In this document: piece after piece, positions 11,376-30,442 of the stretch
How positions within the stretch are numbered: the first letter of the stretch is position 1
Layout of the letters: every line of letters starts with the position of its first letter
Assembly (NCBI RefSeq): GCF_000150275.1
Contig: NW_002060943.1
Location: forward strand, 9,171,270-9,235,269
Direction: 5' to 3'
From: Trichoplax adhaerens
Taxonomy: Eukaryota > Animalia > Placozoa
Length of the DNA: 64,000 bases
Program-made: the position numbers and the translations under genes
The notes under the pieces: generated by a model
Seen by the model: the letters and a program-made list of their open reading frames with translations, nothing else
Databases searched by the model: none
Told to the model about the DNA's origin: nothing

Positions 11376-14262
11376 ATGGCTGCCACGGTCGGTATTAATT
11401 CCAAGCTTACATTATATTTACATAACGAATATGCCCTCTGTAATATAGCTTACACGTATTTTACAGCAGTACTATTCCGGACAGATGTTTCGAAAATACG
11501 CGCACACTTTACCTTTAAATTAGTTATTTAGGCTCATACATGAAATACTAGAATATTTCTTTCTTTCTCTTTCGTACCAGTATGATTATAACAGCTTAGC
11601 ACCATCACTGGTCCATCAGGCTATACAACTTGTTACTTCTCTTGACAGTCCGCCTTATTAAAGTAGACTACTGTACGTTCATAATTTTTATCCAGAGAAA
11701 AAGTGATTGCCTGTTATAGCAGTAATTGTATTAAACTATGCCCATTTGACCGGACTCTTGTTAGGAAAGGATTTCATTTGCACTAATGCCGATGAAAAAA
11801 TCTTCTATATACACGTAAATCCTTGATGATCTTCATTGTATTTAGTTGTAGTCGTCAAAAATGTACATCCTACAGTATACTATTTCCAGAATAATTTTTC
11901 ATTTTTTACCATTGATTACTATCATCTATTTGGTACGATCACGCTAGTTTAAAAATAGTAAATAATCGATTACAGTACTGTGTGTTCGATCCTTGCCAAT
12001 GTAAAAAGTCTGGACATGATAGCTCCATTAAAGCGTTAACTGTTCCATGATGGATCGATCATACGTGTGCAATCTTGATGTATAATCAAATTACTAACTC
12101 AGATCATTTTCTTAATATTTTAGTATTCGCTATGTTATAAGAAGGAAAATGGTATGCTAAGAATATTCCTATTACTAACTTTCGCAAAACTTTACCAAAT
12201 TTACAATAAAACTTTCCTAAAAAGTCTAAAGTAGCTAATAAATGGCATGCTATGATTTAAATATTAGCTCATGAAGATAGCATTTGGACTGTGGCATGGG
12301 CGAGAAACGAAAAAGATCATTATGAGAATGTTGTCACTGGCTCCGTGGACGATAAAGTAAAGTGTTGGCGTTGGTAAGTTTTTCAAATATTGACTATGTA
12401 TACGTTTTTGACACAACCAATGCTGCTAGGCTATTATGGGAAAGATTTTGCTCCTGTGTTGCAATGTTTCAATAAAACTTGATACATTGATGGAAACAGT
12501 TGCTAAACCGTGTTACCTTTTCTAGGCAAGATAATAAACTAGAGCTGCAATGGATCTTTGAAGGCCATCAACTTGGAGTAATTTCCGTGGATATTAACCA
12601 AGAAGGCTCATGTAAATTAGCTTACTACATGACTCCATAAGTTGTGCCTACAAGAATTAGTTGATATTTCTGTAATTAACAATTTGGCTATATACATTTC
12701 GCTTTTATAGTAGCAGCAAGTAGTTCTTTAGATAGCCATATTCGAATTTGGGATCTAGAATTTGGTAAACAAATAAGAAGTATTGATGCTGGTGCAGGTA
12801 TACTTTCAAGAATTAACGCAAATAACTAATGTTGATGTTACTATGAGATTACACTGATATTGGCACTCCGAAACTACTAAATTTGTTAAAAAGCATTAAA
12901 TTATCTCTTAGTCGTGCTTGATTTGTAATTATTTTAGTGAAACAGCAATATTCGCCTTTATTTAATTACCTTAGTTGATACTTGGACATTAGCGTTCTCT
13001 CCGGATTCAAAATTTATTGCAACTGGTAGCCATTCTGGAGCAATTAACTTATATGCCGTGGAGAATGGAAATAAAGATAATACTTTGGAAACTCATGGAA
13101 AATTTACAATGAGCGTAGCTTACGTAAGTGAAATCTCAAGATTTCGAGATTGTAACGGATTCTAATATCACCTGTACCAAGGGACGTTATCTAGATCTAT
13201 ATATGAAATGATAGCAATAATTTATAGAATAGGGTTCTTTAGTTTCATTAAGCCTCAGTATAAAGCCGTTATTGAATTTATTGCTCACTCAAAATACAAC
13301 TATTAATTACTGTATTTAATTGTCACCAGCCTTATCTGTTTATAGAATATTAAACAGGTTCTACTATATTATCAATAAAGTATCCCAAATAACTATTTCA
13401 GAGTCCTGACGGACGCTACCTAGCAAGTGGGGCTATCGATGGTATAGTAAATATTTTCGATCTTCAAACAGGAAAACTTGCACATAAACTTGAAGGTAAC
13501 GATTTCGAAGATTTTACATATCTGTAATATGACCTCATCTTGTACTAGGCTGTTTTCGCCGTTAAGATAGCATTACTAAATGATCATCTTAAGTAACGTT
13601 GTTTTACATTAATTTCTATTTGCTGATTATCTTTAAACAATCTGTAGGTCATGCTATGGCAGTTCGTAGTCTTCAGTTTTCATTTGATTCGCAGTATCTC
13701 GCTACGGCATCAGATGATACTCATATTAAGTTGTATGATATCCATCAGGCTGCCTTAGTAGCTACATTTTCTGGCCATTCATCGTGGGTCCTAAGTATAG
13801 ATTTCAATCCAGATAATAAACAATTTGTTACTAGGTAAATGCGTGAATTTAGCCAAGAATGCTTGCTTCAATTTGTACTGTAATAGGATATAAATTTACA
13901 TTCGCTTGAAAGTAACCGTGCTGTCTTTATTCTGATAAAAATTAAAAAAAAGTTCTAGTGATAAGACTGTTAAAGTCTGGGATCTGGGCAGGCGACAATG
14001 TATCCATACCTTTCATGATCATACCGATCAGGTAAATTACTTGATTATTCAATCTTTTCTGAAATCCTGTGCTGGAAGTATTAATAGATAGACTGTTCAT
14101 TGTTAAAGACATTACTTCTCCTTTACTATCTATAAGGTAACTTACAATAGCATCTTTATCATTCAGGTATGGTCTGCCGCGTACAATGACACTGGTAATA
14201 AGATTGTTTCCGTCTCTGATGACAAAAATATTCATATCTATGAGTGTCCTAGTAATGTATAG
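11376..14262 (+). CDS. WDR61: WD repeat protein 61 (SKI8; SKI and PAF1 complexes), 10 coding exons
   Basis: MAAT|[20 protein letters not shown]...[15 protein letters not shown]...[13 protein letters not shown]...[16 protein letters not shown]...[20 protein letters not shown]...[12 protein letters not shown]...[35 protein letters not shown]. All introns GT-AG. Confidence 0.95.
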
Positions 14263-16157
14263 TAAAATATCTGTTACATTCGCTTACGATTATCACTTTA
14301 ACATATGGTTATTACAAATTATTTGCAAGATATTAAAACTTTTCCCCTTGTACCTAGTTCATATTCTGTTACCGCAGGATTTTGATTGTAAATTATTGAT
14401 AGATGGCAAATTCTATCGTTTTATTTTTGTTAATTGTAATAGGGTAGTTTGAATAAAACCAAGCAGTAACTATAAATTACTAATAATGACCTAGTTATAA
14501 AAATTCTTCTTGATATGGAGTAACGTGATTTTAAGCCAATGCAATGCAAAGTATTAATTGATTAGCTACAGTAAGTATTCCAGAAATAAGAAAGCTGTAA
14601 CCTTGTAATTATACATATGATCAATTCAGGGCTAGCCAGTGCCAACACAGTACATTTTTCTATATTAATACTTACAAGGGCTCTCTGCTCACTATAGTTC
14701 ATCATTTTTATTTCGTTATGAGCAGCATAAACGTGGATTTGAACTCATAACTAAATTCAGAGCTAACCTCAAAGTAAGATGTGTTCATCTGGCATTTTAA
14801 TAATGACATCAAGGATGATTTAATCTCCACTTACTATTTGTCACTCACTTAAAGCAAGTATAAGATATACTCTACTAAATGACTACAATCCACCCGGTCT
14901 ACAGTACAGCAAATTATAAAGATTTTGCACCGAGCATATTTAGTATAGCCTTTGCAGCGGCAGTAAGCTGATTAAGAAGTTAGCAATGCAATTTTATTTC
15001 GCCCAAAAGCCGTTGTACCAACTGCACAATTATAATAGGGCGGTTGCTATGATACCGTTCTCTTCGCATAACGCTTGGAAATTGTGATGGAGGGTTAGAT
15101 GAGTCCGCCACTGCGGACTCATTGCCATTCAGAGAATTACACGAAGGTTTTAGTAGAAAATTGATACTGTACTTTATTGTAGATTAATTATTTTTTATTT
15201 GAGTACAATGTTGTAGTATCTGTAGAGCAGCGTGTAGGCTGTCGCACAGTAACGTAAGAAAATAAGAACACTGCGACTATTGCAATTAGCAAAATCTGAG
15301 GTAGAAATCGGTAGTATTTATAGTATTAGAGATAGCATATAAGCGTACGCAGAGAGCAGCATTGTAGAAGTAGATACAACGTATGCTATAGTAGTTGATA
15401 TAACAGTAAAAACTGTAGAAAATAGCGAAGACTGTAAGTGCTATAAATAACGAAACATGACAAGCTATACTTGAATATGCAGTAGTACTGTACAATAAGA
15501 CCGTAAAGGTATCTACTGCATATTTAAGAACAATATGAAATGCCTATATTTAAAATATGCTAGAGCATAAAAATAAATAAATAAAATAGTATAAGTAACA
15601 ATTTCCTGAATAGTGTAATACATTTACAGTAGCATTGTAATCGTTTTAATAAATCTGAAAGTCTGACTGACTGTTTACCATGTTATGATAACTCAATCGC
15701 CGATACGAATCGATGAATTAAATTCCGATACTTTCATCTAAATTTAAATTATACAGTATTATTAAGCTGTATCAGGGTTCTGTTTGTTAAATGTACATCA
15801 ATTGAGTGTCTACTGAAGGAAAATGACTGTACTAGTGAATGCCAATCCATTCATTATTAATTTTTAGGGATTACCGGTCAATGTAAGCTTTTCAATAAAA
15901 CGATTAATTACGCCACTGATAAATAACTGCCAGTGCTTTTTTATTGCTGTATAATTATCACTTTTAGTTTGACTCTTAACTGAACCGCCCCACACCTAAT
16001 TTTTTTAACCTACACATGACAAGTGAACAGTAAAAAATAATTATACATAAAATATAAAATAAATATTACAGTACTACGCTGTGCGTACGCTTATACAGTT
16101 AACGATAAATAGTAAAATTCGTAGCCATTATTGCCAGTTACAGTACTGCTCTGGCGG

Positions 16158-19008
16158 TTAGGCCTTAGATTCTCTATACTTTACCGACTTCTGAGCTTTA
16201 CATGAACTATTTCCTGAATTCTTTATTATTACACCATTTCTATGAGAACTATTTGTTATGACACTAATTTTTGAGCACGATTCGCTATCGATCGCTCTAT
16301 CAGTTACTGACGGAGAAGCTGAATAAATTTGAGCTAATTTATTAGGAGTTTCACATATACTCGTTTCAGTGATATCACTATTGTTCTTTATATTAGGCTT
16401 GGCCGTTATCTGACTGTTCACCAAGCGGCTGCTTCTTGCTTGTAATTGATGATAAGATTCGGCGGTTTTCGCTGTACCAGTTACGGAGATGGATTGATTA
16501 TTGCCATCAGGTTGTCTCATTCCTTCTTTACTTACAGAAACAAGTTGATTACAACTTTCATAATCACGTAATGATACCGATGTGACGACAACCTTACGCT
16601 TCTCACAGCGAAAAGATCTATTATCTTTTAACTTTTTTCTATCAGCTCTTGCTAACATCAAGTTGTTTTGTATAGCATAAAATGCCTTTAGTAAATCCTT
16701 TCTGTTAAGGAAGTTTCTTTTACGTGCTAACATTAAACCATCCAATAACTTTATTATCCCTAAGTCAATTAGTCCATCTTGAATTTTTTTATCGTGTGCG
16801 GATAAGTTCCAGATTATTCCGGCGGTATTGACAACAATATCCAAATTGGAATGCAATAGCTGCTGCACTAATAATTTCAGGCAATTGCCTTTAAGTAATT
16901 TTTCACAATTTTCCGAGCTTTGTGTTAGATGTGTAGAAAGATTTCTCAGTAAGCCAGTTACGTATATAATTAGCTTTACTTCGTTGCTACAAATCAGTGA
17001 CATTATTAGGTCTATTCCGTTTACATAAGAAATTATCGTTTTTTTGCCCTCCTCATGTGCTGAAAAATTCCATAAAGCTGCCAGTAAACTTTTATGAGGG
17101 CTAGAGTCGGTAAGGCTTTTATTATTCAAGTATTCTAAAGCTTGTAAGAGGCTGGTCGCGATTCCAGCATCGTTTAGTGCTTGTCTCATGCAATCATTCG
17201 ATCCTTTCGCTAAGTTACAGCAAACAGTAGCCGCTAAAGAGATCAGTTTTAAGTATTTACAGTTCAGTTGAGCTTTTAAGGCATTCAGAGCATGTTTCGA
17301 TGTACAAAACTGCTCCTTACTCCATTGGTTCTTACATGTTAAGCTTATAGCGATCCTGTCGGCATACTAAGACGGTCAATGATATAAGACAGGTGAGTCT
17401 AAAATTTAGTTACTAAACGATATTGTTCAGATAATAAAAATTAATTACTATCTTACCGAATATATAGTTCTATTAAGTTCAGGTGAAGCCATCTTTTCGT
17501 CGAAAGGATGCATTTCGAAAAGTTCCAAAATATAATAGCTAGCACCAAGCTGTCGCATTCGATTTACTTCATTATCTTGCTGCAGAAAACCGATTAATTG
17601 CTGTAGTGCCATTTTGGCTTTCATTCTACATTCATTTCTCGGTTCATATGGTTGTTCGCCTCGAAAGTGACGTAAAGCATCACAATAAAGTCGTATTTGA
17701 TCCAAATGACGAAGGATTTGCGAATCAATTAAGCATGATTCATCTGACCGTGACTGCAAGTTAATGATATAGTGTAAAGCCTGAGATACTTTATTTCGAA
17801 TTACTTCTCTTTCATCTGGATCGTTGAAATAAATAAGAGCTTCAAAAATTAAATGGGACAATACAGTTTTTAGCATAGGAATCTCTGAACGGGAAAGGTT
17901 GCTTTTATCTGCCATTCTAAGCATATAATGTACTAATTTTTTACCATCATCATTGCCACGCATTTGCTTGCTAATAATTTCATCAGTACTAGTGCTAGTT
18001 TCATGGTTAGGTATTATTGAGAAGTCTCGTGTTTCACGCCGGCTGCGAACGAACGCTGTTGAAGTTTCATTTGTAGTCGTTTTTAAGTGTGTGATCGAAT
18101 CTTCCGGAAAACAACTAGTAGTAATCTCCGCAATATTATCACCGTGTGTATCGATTCCAGATACAGCACGGAGTTTATGTTCTACTGATACGCTACTTAA
18201 ATCTGAGACATAATTATCTGGCTTACTCGCGCTAGGATAGCGAAGATAGTGATCGTTTCCTGATAAATCTTGATCTTGACTTGTGATATTAGTATCACTA
18301 CTTTCTTGTAATTCTTTAGATTTCGAATGCAATTCATAATTCATGCACTTTCCATAATATGGATCATTTGATCCTGCATGTCTGTGATTGCTATCCGTAA
18401 TATTGTATTGCCAAACACTGCTATTGCTCCCATGCAAGGCAACATCGCTCAGAGTAGATGTAACGCGTGCTTTACCAGGCGGATATATTTCGTGGGAATA
18501 TGTCGCGTTATAAGTTTCATTGCTACTGTAATTATCATTTCCATATAAACAAGTCGTATTTTTGAGGGGTAGTATATTCTTATTATCTTTACCATTACTT
18601 TGGTGGCATCCAGGGCAATAATTCCGATATTTGTATCGATTTCCCCCATCGATATAATTGAATGATCCTTCTACTTCTGCGTATATCTTCATTTGTTCCC
18701 TTTCGGTTGGATCTCCCGTTGCCAAGTGCCGTTTACCTATCGAATGTAATTCCTCCTAATTTTAAGAATCAATTAACAAATCTAAATTAGTAAGATAAAG
18801 TTGATCTTAAAATATAACAGCTTTCAAGATAACAATCCTAAAACATTAAAATATACATATATGACGTATTCATATTTATGAATTATGAGCAGAGTTGAAG
18901 TTGATATTACGTTAAGACCGTGATTTGTCTATACTAAGGTTGTTTGTTGATCGTAGAAAAAATTACCGATTGCAACGAATCACTCTCCCACTCTTTTGCG
19001 TTTTGCAT
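16158..19008 (-). CDS. APC: Adenomatous polyposis coli-like armadillo-repeat protein (short form, ~849 aa)
   Basis: Exons 19008-18967, 18755-17457 and 17366-16158 are all phase 0. Motifs ILRHLDQIRLYCD, YADRIAISLT..QFCTSKHALNALKAQL, KSLLAALWNFSAH, GLLRNLS and CLKLLVQQLLHSNLDIVVNTAGIIWNLSAHDKKIQDGLIDLG match the APC pre-ARM and ARM region (LLEQIRAYCE; LSALWNLSAH; IVSNACGTLWNLSARNPKDQEALWDMG). Confidence 0.85.
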
Positions 19009-19729
19009 TGAGAATTTTTATTTCGCCTTCGGTTCTGCTACAAAAATTGAAAACGTTAGTACGATAGAGGTGTTCGCCCAGTGCTAATAGTACATACGTA
19101 TAGTTTCATGCCGTTCAATTTTTAACGAAACATCAGATAGTTATTACAACAGGCGTTGTACTGTATTATAATTAGTCAGCTTCGGAAATCAGTTCTTTTT
19201 TTGATATGTGGAACTACCCTAGCACACTTTACATACTGTACAATAAGTAGTACAATGTTATTACGATTATAATTTTATAAGTATTTGAATTAAATTGTGC
19301 AATGCAAAATTGACAGGGTAGTTTGTCACATTGAGTTTATAATTGCCACAAGATCAAACTAAATACTCTTAGTCCAGTCATTTTGGGATCGCAGTGAATT
19401 ATACAGTATTACAGTATCAGCTGTAGCTCTTAAGTCAATGTACAAAGTTAAGTGTTTGTCTATCTATTTACGCAAATACTTTATAAATTTACTTCTTGAA
19501 AGCTAACTGCACTGCATGCTCTCATACTGTTATTTTGAAGCAGATTCAATCTGATACCCGGTTTCTAGACAATTCTTAGGTGATAGGGGTACATACTGTG
19601 CAGTTTTTTTAAAGTACTCAACACAGGCTTGCAACTATCGAAATGTACAATGCAGTATTGTATGTGTTTGAGTTCTTCCAAGTCGAGGTTATCATACTCT
19701 GGTTTGTTCATATGTCAAATAAACAATAA

Positions 19730-19767
19730 CATGGACTACTAAATAATCCAGCATTTAGTAGTCCATG
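19730..19767. repeat. Short inverted repeat, CATGGACTACT family
   Basis: CATGGACTACTAAAT-aatccagc-ATTTAGTAGTCCATG, perfect 15-bp arms. Confidence 0.85.
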
Positions 19768-20562
19768 GCAATATCAGGGATTACTAGAATAGTATCCGTT
19801 TTGGCTTCGTAAAAGATTGCAACACTAGACCGGAAATTTCACCTCACAGTGTCAGTTGCTACAAGCAAGGCAGTACCATCAACTTTCAATTTTTTTTCAA
19901 CTTAGAAGTCCATGGTCGTACATTGCAATCAGTTAATTATAGATCAACTCTTCCCACTATCTCACGTAACAAACTCTGTTTATCGCATGATATTGCGATT
20001 GTATTACCGTAGAATATAGGGGAAAATATAGAAAAATGACACAGTTAAATACAAACATAATAAATAGTTATATTATTATACTATTATTACTCTGTAAATC
20101 TCGATTTTCTAAAGCTAGTTCAAAAACACAGTCGCTGATATAAATTAGGCACGAAGTAATTAATATTTCAAGGTATCATTAAATGCGATTGTGCAGTAAG
20201 ATGTTGTCAATGCTATACGCTACTAAAAGGCAATACGTATTGCAATGTCGCCTACCCATGGAAAGACGTATAGTATAAGATGGGAGTTTATCCCATCTCG
20301 TAACAGTAACAATGTCATTAACTAAGTATAGCAGTCAATAATTATATAATTGCACGAACAGTATAGTTAGATTAGATTCTAGTTCTGCACAATATGTAGA
20401 TTAGTTCTGATCATCAAGGCTTTCTTTTTACTTCTATGGTTCTGCTAGATTCGACCTCCGTACGCTCTACAGTTAGTTAAGCTTGTACACTTGTAGAGTG
20501 TACATTACATGTAATCCTAAAACTCAATTAGTAAACTTCCATCAGACGTATGTTTCGCTATT

Positions 20563-20606
20563 GCATGGACTACTAACTAGATATATCTGCATCTAGTAGT
20601 CCATGC
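20563..20606. repeat. Short inverted repeat, CATGGACTACT family
   Basis: GCATGGACTACTA-18 nt-TAGTAGTCCATGC, perfect 13-bp arms. Confidence 0.85.
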
Positions 20607-23600
20607 CTGTCGCAAAGGCTTACAGTACAATTCTGATATCCCCTACAACAAAATGTGTGCTTTTTCCTGCACATCGTCTACTCTTTCTTTTCGAACTCAT
20701 CATTTTACACCCATCTTGATTAATTATGATTCAGTCATGTCTGCTGGTATCGAATTTCTATCTTATCATATATCAGCGTAAACTGTCAATGATATCAAGG
20801 AATTGAATCAAGCTCTTGAAAACTAATAAAAACAGTACAATCATGTCACAATATCGCGAAGTTTTTTCCCAGTGTAAAAACATGGTAAAAAAATGGCAGG
20901 TGCTGATGTTCTGTACTGTGCGGTATATGTACAGTAGAAGCACTGGTTGGTAATACTGTCTGTATAGTTATATGTTTCATTACTCCCATACAAGTACATA
21001 CGCTATAAATGTTGAGCAAATAAACTCGCCGGTACAATTTCTTGGTATTAGTGATGAGAGATCTTGACGCCGCTTAGAAATTCATCCGTGTTAAAGAGAT
21101 AGCATCAATATATATGTATATCTCCGTTAGCGTAATCCAACGCTCGATTCCTATAATAAGTTCGAGGAAAAGTGTAGTATCAGTTAATGGAGTAAAGAAG
21201 GCTCATACCATTCCATTACATTGATCATATTCATGATGATTCATTAACATTAGGCACCTTCATTTTTACTGTACTGTTTGAAGGTAGTGGTATTATAATT
21301 CTTGTTCTCTCTCGATGTTACTCCTGCTTTCTAATTTTAAGATTCACTCTTTCAACTACCATCAATCCACGATAAAAATTGAGAGAGCCTTTTCCTTATC
21401 AGTGTCTCTAGCTTGTAAAAGTAGCCGTGACACGGAGTAGACTAAAGTGCTGACGCATCTGCTACAGCAAAATACGTAAACTCGTTAGGTTAGCGATTTG
21501 CGTACAAATAGTACATTATTTTAACGTACAGGTGTATAGTACACTGTTATACACGCGGCCTCGCTATGCTGGACAGTACAGTAGTTAGCCAAATGAGACT
21601 AGGTTATAGATTCCATCGCTCTCATCTTAGCATGGTGAGAGAAAACAAAAATTGAATAGACCCACTAACGACTAAAATTAATGTACAGTTTAACCGTACT
21701 TGTTATACATACTTTTGTTTATTAGCTCAGTCAGTGGTCGATCGTACAATATATATTCGTAAGTCCTTTCTAGTCTTGATGTCTTGATGTCTTGTCTTCA
21801 CAGCATGTCAACAGTATTGCCTATTAAGAAGAAGAATTATTCATATCAAAAAAGGAATAATACTCAATGACGCAATGCAGTATGATAATGATTGCTGGTA
21901 GTGCTATTATGAGTTTGATGGAGTTAGAATACTAGAATCAGCAGGTAGTCCAACATGTTGGAGTCTTTTTATCCTTGATCAGTATGTAACAATAGTCATA
22001 AGTAACATACTATGCTCGCTATTGTTTCATGAATAATTCACTTTACCAGCACATTTACTTTTAGACTAGCTTTCGCATAACGTTAGGACTGTACAGAAAT
22101 AAAAAAAAATGTACAATGCTGTTGAGATATCGTGACTACGCTACTAGTTCAGTAGAGGGATTTTCCATTTACACATTCCGTATCAGTTATGGATCAATAC
22201 AATCAAGGACCACTAGAATCTCATAATTCTAGTAGCTGAACTTCGTGTCCTCAAGTAAATTAAATGAATATACTGCAGCGCATATTTATTCTCATAGTGT
22301 TCAATTCATTAATTACTATATGGCTAACCGCTAACGGTAGTAATCCTAGTTAAGCAACTTTCTGAAAGTTCGGCTACAGTTTTACTCACTCTGGTCCTCT
22401 GTTGAAGCTGAAATTCTGTAGTTGTACTGTAGAGTAATTTTACGTAAATACATTTAGTAATTCATTATATACGAGTAAACGGATAAACTGCAACCTAAAT
22501 AAATGTATATAAGATTAATATTTATGTATATACATACATATACCAGAGTCTCTCCTCTATATTCTAAAATAGTTTAATTGACCATCATGCGTTTTAAAGA
22601 GTAATATGGAGATGGTTACATTGCATAGTGACCCCCTTTAATTAAATAAACAATTACAATACGTCATAAAACAGTACTGTGGATGTTTCGAAGCTTAGAG
22701 GATTAAGCAAAGGGCATTTTTTACCTTAGGTAAGGAGCGAAGAACTGAATAGGTGGTACTCTACGGAAGTGCAAAAGCACACAGATTAATATCCATAGCC
22801 TTAAATTATGGATCTGGGACGTTGTATCGAATACTATGATCTCAGTTTAATTTCTATCTTTAATAATAATGTATATAAGTAATATGCATAAAATCTATTA
22901 CGTTACATTGTATCAATTAGCTTTTATAAATGAAATATCTATATGTGATTTGAATAATAAAATTCAGTTATGTTACCGATTTGTAAATACTGCAATATCT
23001 TATAATCATAAATTGCATATTTGTCTTATATCTGACATCCTAGGCTATTCCTACATCGTCCCACACTATATTATAGTGAAGACAATAGTAATGATGATTA
23101 GTAAAGAACAATGAATGCTATATTATTCATCCGCAATGTTACGATTAGGCACAAAAAAGAGTATCGATAGATATAAATCTTTATAGATAAATACACATGC
23201 ACGCATATACGTGTATTAGGATACATAAATAACAGTATATTTGCTATATTACTTGTAATACAGCAAATTGTTCAGTGAATCAAGAGCGCAATAATGATAT
23301 ATCATGAGTTATTTCTAAGAAAATCGTTAAAGCTGAATTAATAGATACTTTAGACCTAAATAGGGATGATTACCCACTGTTATGCGCTAGGCATCACACA
23401 GAGGTAATGGCAAAAATTCTCAAGCTAAGATTGGTATCCAAAATCACCTGATGAAACAACTACAAAAATACGAATTGGCCCGAATATGTTTACATCTAAA
23501 TGTATCAAAAATTTAAAAGCGGGTCGTTCATATACTGTACTATATAATACTAGCCAGTCCCGGTTAGCTAGCTGCACATTGCCACTAATGAATTCCGTTG

Positions 23601-24629
23601 TAATTCCCGCTGTACTGTATTGATAAGTATTTGACTTAAATACTTTTTACTTAGTTTTTAGTATATATGCGTGTATATTCACAAGCACATTAACTTTTTG
23701 ACTTAAGCTCAACTCATCATAATGATAGCTACAGTTAAAAGAGCTTATACCGATAATGGAACTAAAGCTTTATACTTTTTAAGAGATATAAACTATTGGA
23801 TATAACTTTCTTTAGATATACATCCATATTTAATATTTTAGCAGAAATCTAGCAACTTTCGTACAATGAGTAGTTATATGCTATTAAGCGAGACATGTGA
23901 TTAGCCATCTCACGTTACTATGCATATTCTGATACTGTATGTGAAGCAGCTTATATAATAATACTTGTAACCATTTGATGCATTACCTATGCTTGACGCA
24001 ACTCTAGTATCTACATGCGCTGTGATCGTACATAATAGGCAGGTAGTATAGGTAGGCGAACATTAATAGATCAATTCGATCTAATTTATTCCGTAACAAT
24101 AATAAAGCTGTACAGTAGGATACATTCCTGGTTTAGAATTGAACCAAATTAGATGCATCACATATAGAGCAGTGATTCATTCGCAATATGCTTTGCCTTA
24201 TACAAAAAGTGTTCAAGTAAATCTACAAGCGCTCGTAGCATTTAAAGTTACTCCTTTATAGTTACGTTCGTGGCTTATAAGCCATAGACGAAGTAAGTAT
24301 TTGTCTTTCTTTTAATGATTTCATTTATAAATAATAGATGTACAGAGATTAGAGTTTGACTTAATATTAAATTCAAGTGACGACAGGATATTATTTTCGC
24401 TAGCAACCTGCAGCTTAAGCCAGTAAAGAATTAGTAATATGATATACTTTGTCATTTTAGTCCCATGATATCTGAAATTATCACCATTCCGTGAGTTTAG
24501 GAACTCAGAAATTATTGTACTGTAAGTAAAGGAAATAAAGAACATTCATGTTACATTTTACAGTATAAGTATATTAATCATTACAAGTAATATAACACAC
24601 ACCTACATTTATACTTACATATCTCTATT

Positions 24630-30442
<5,813 letters not shown>

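Noticed and set aside
11088-11448. Cys/Tyr/Val/Thr-rich ORFs here and at 32895, 47475, 51214-51679, 52163 and 55523
   Set aside because: Products of the CAGTA/TACTG low-complexity tracts, not genes.
19100-24600. 5.5-kb interval between APC and USP8 searched for a hidden gene or transposon
   Set aside because: Only short ORFs with no motifs, no consistent exon chain, and no transposase or reverse transcriptase signature.
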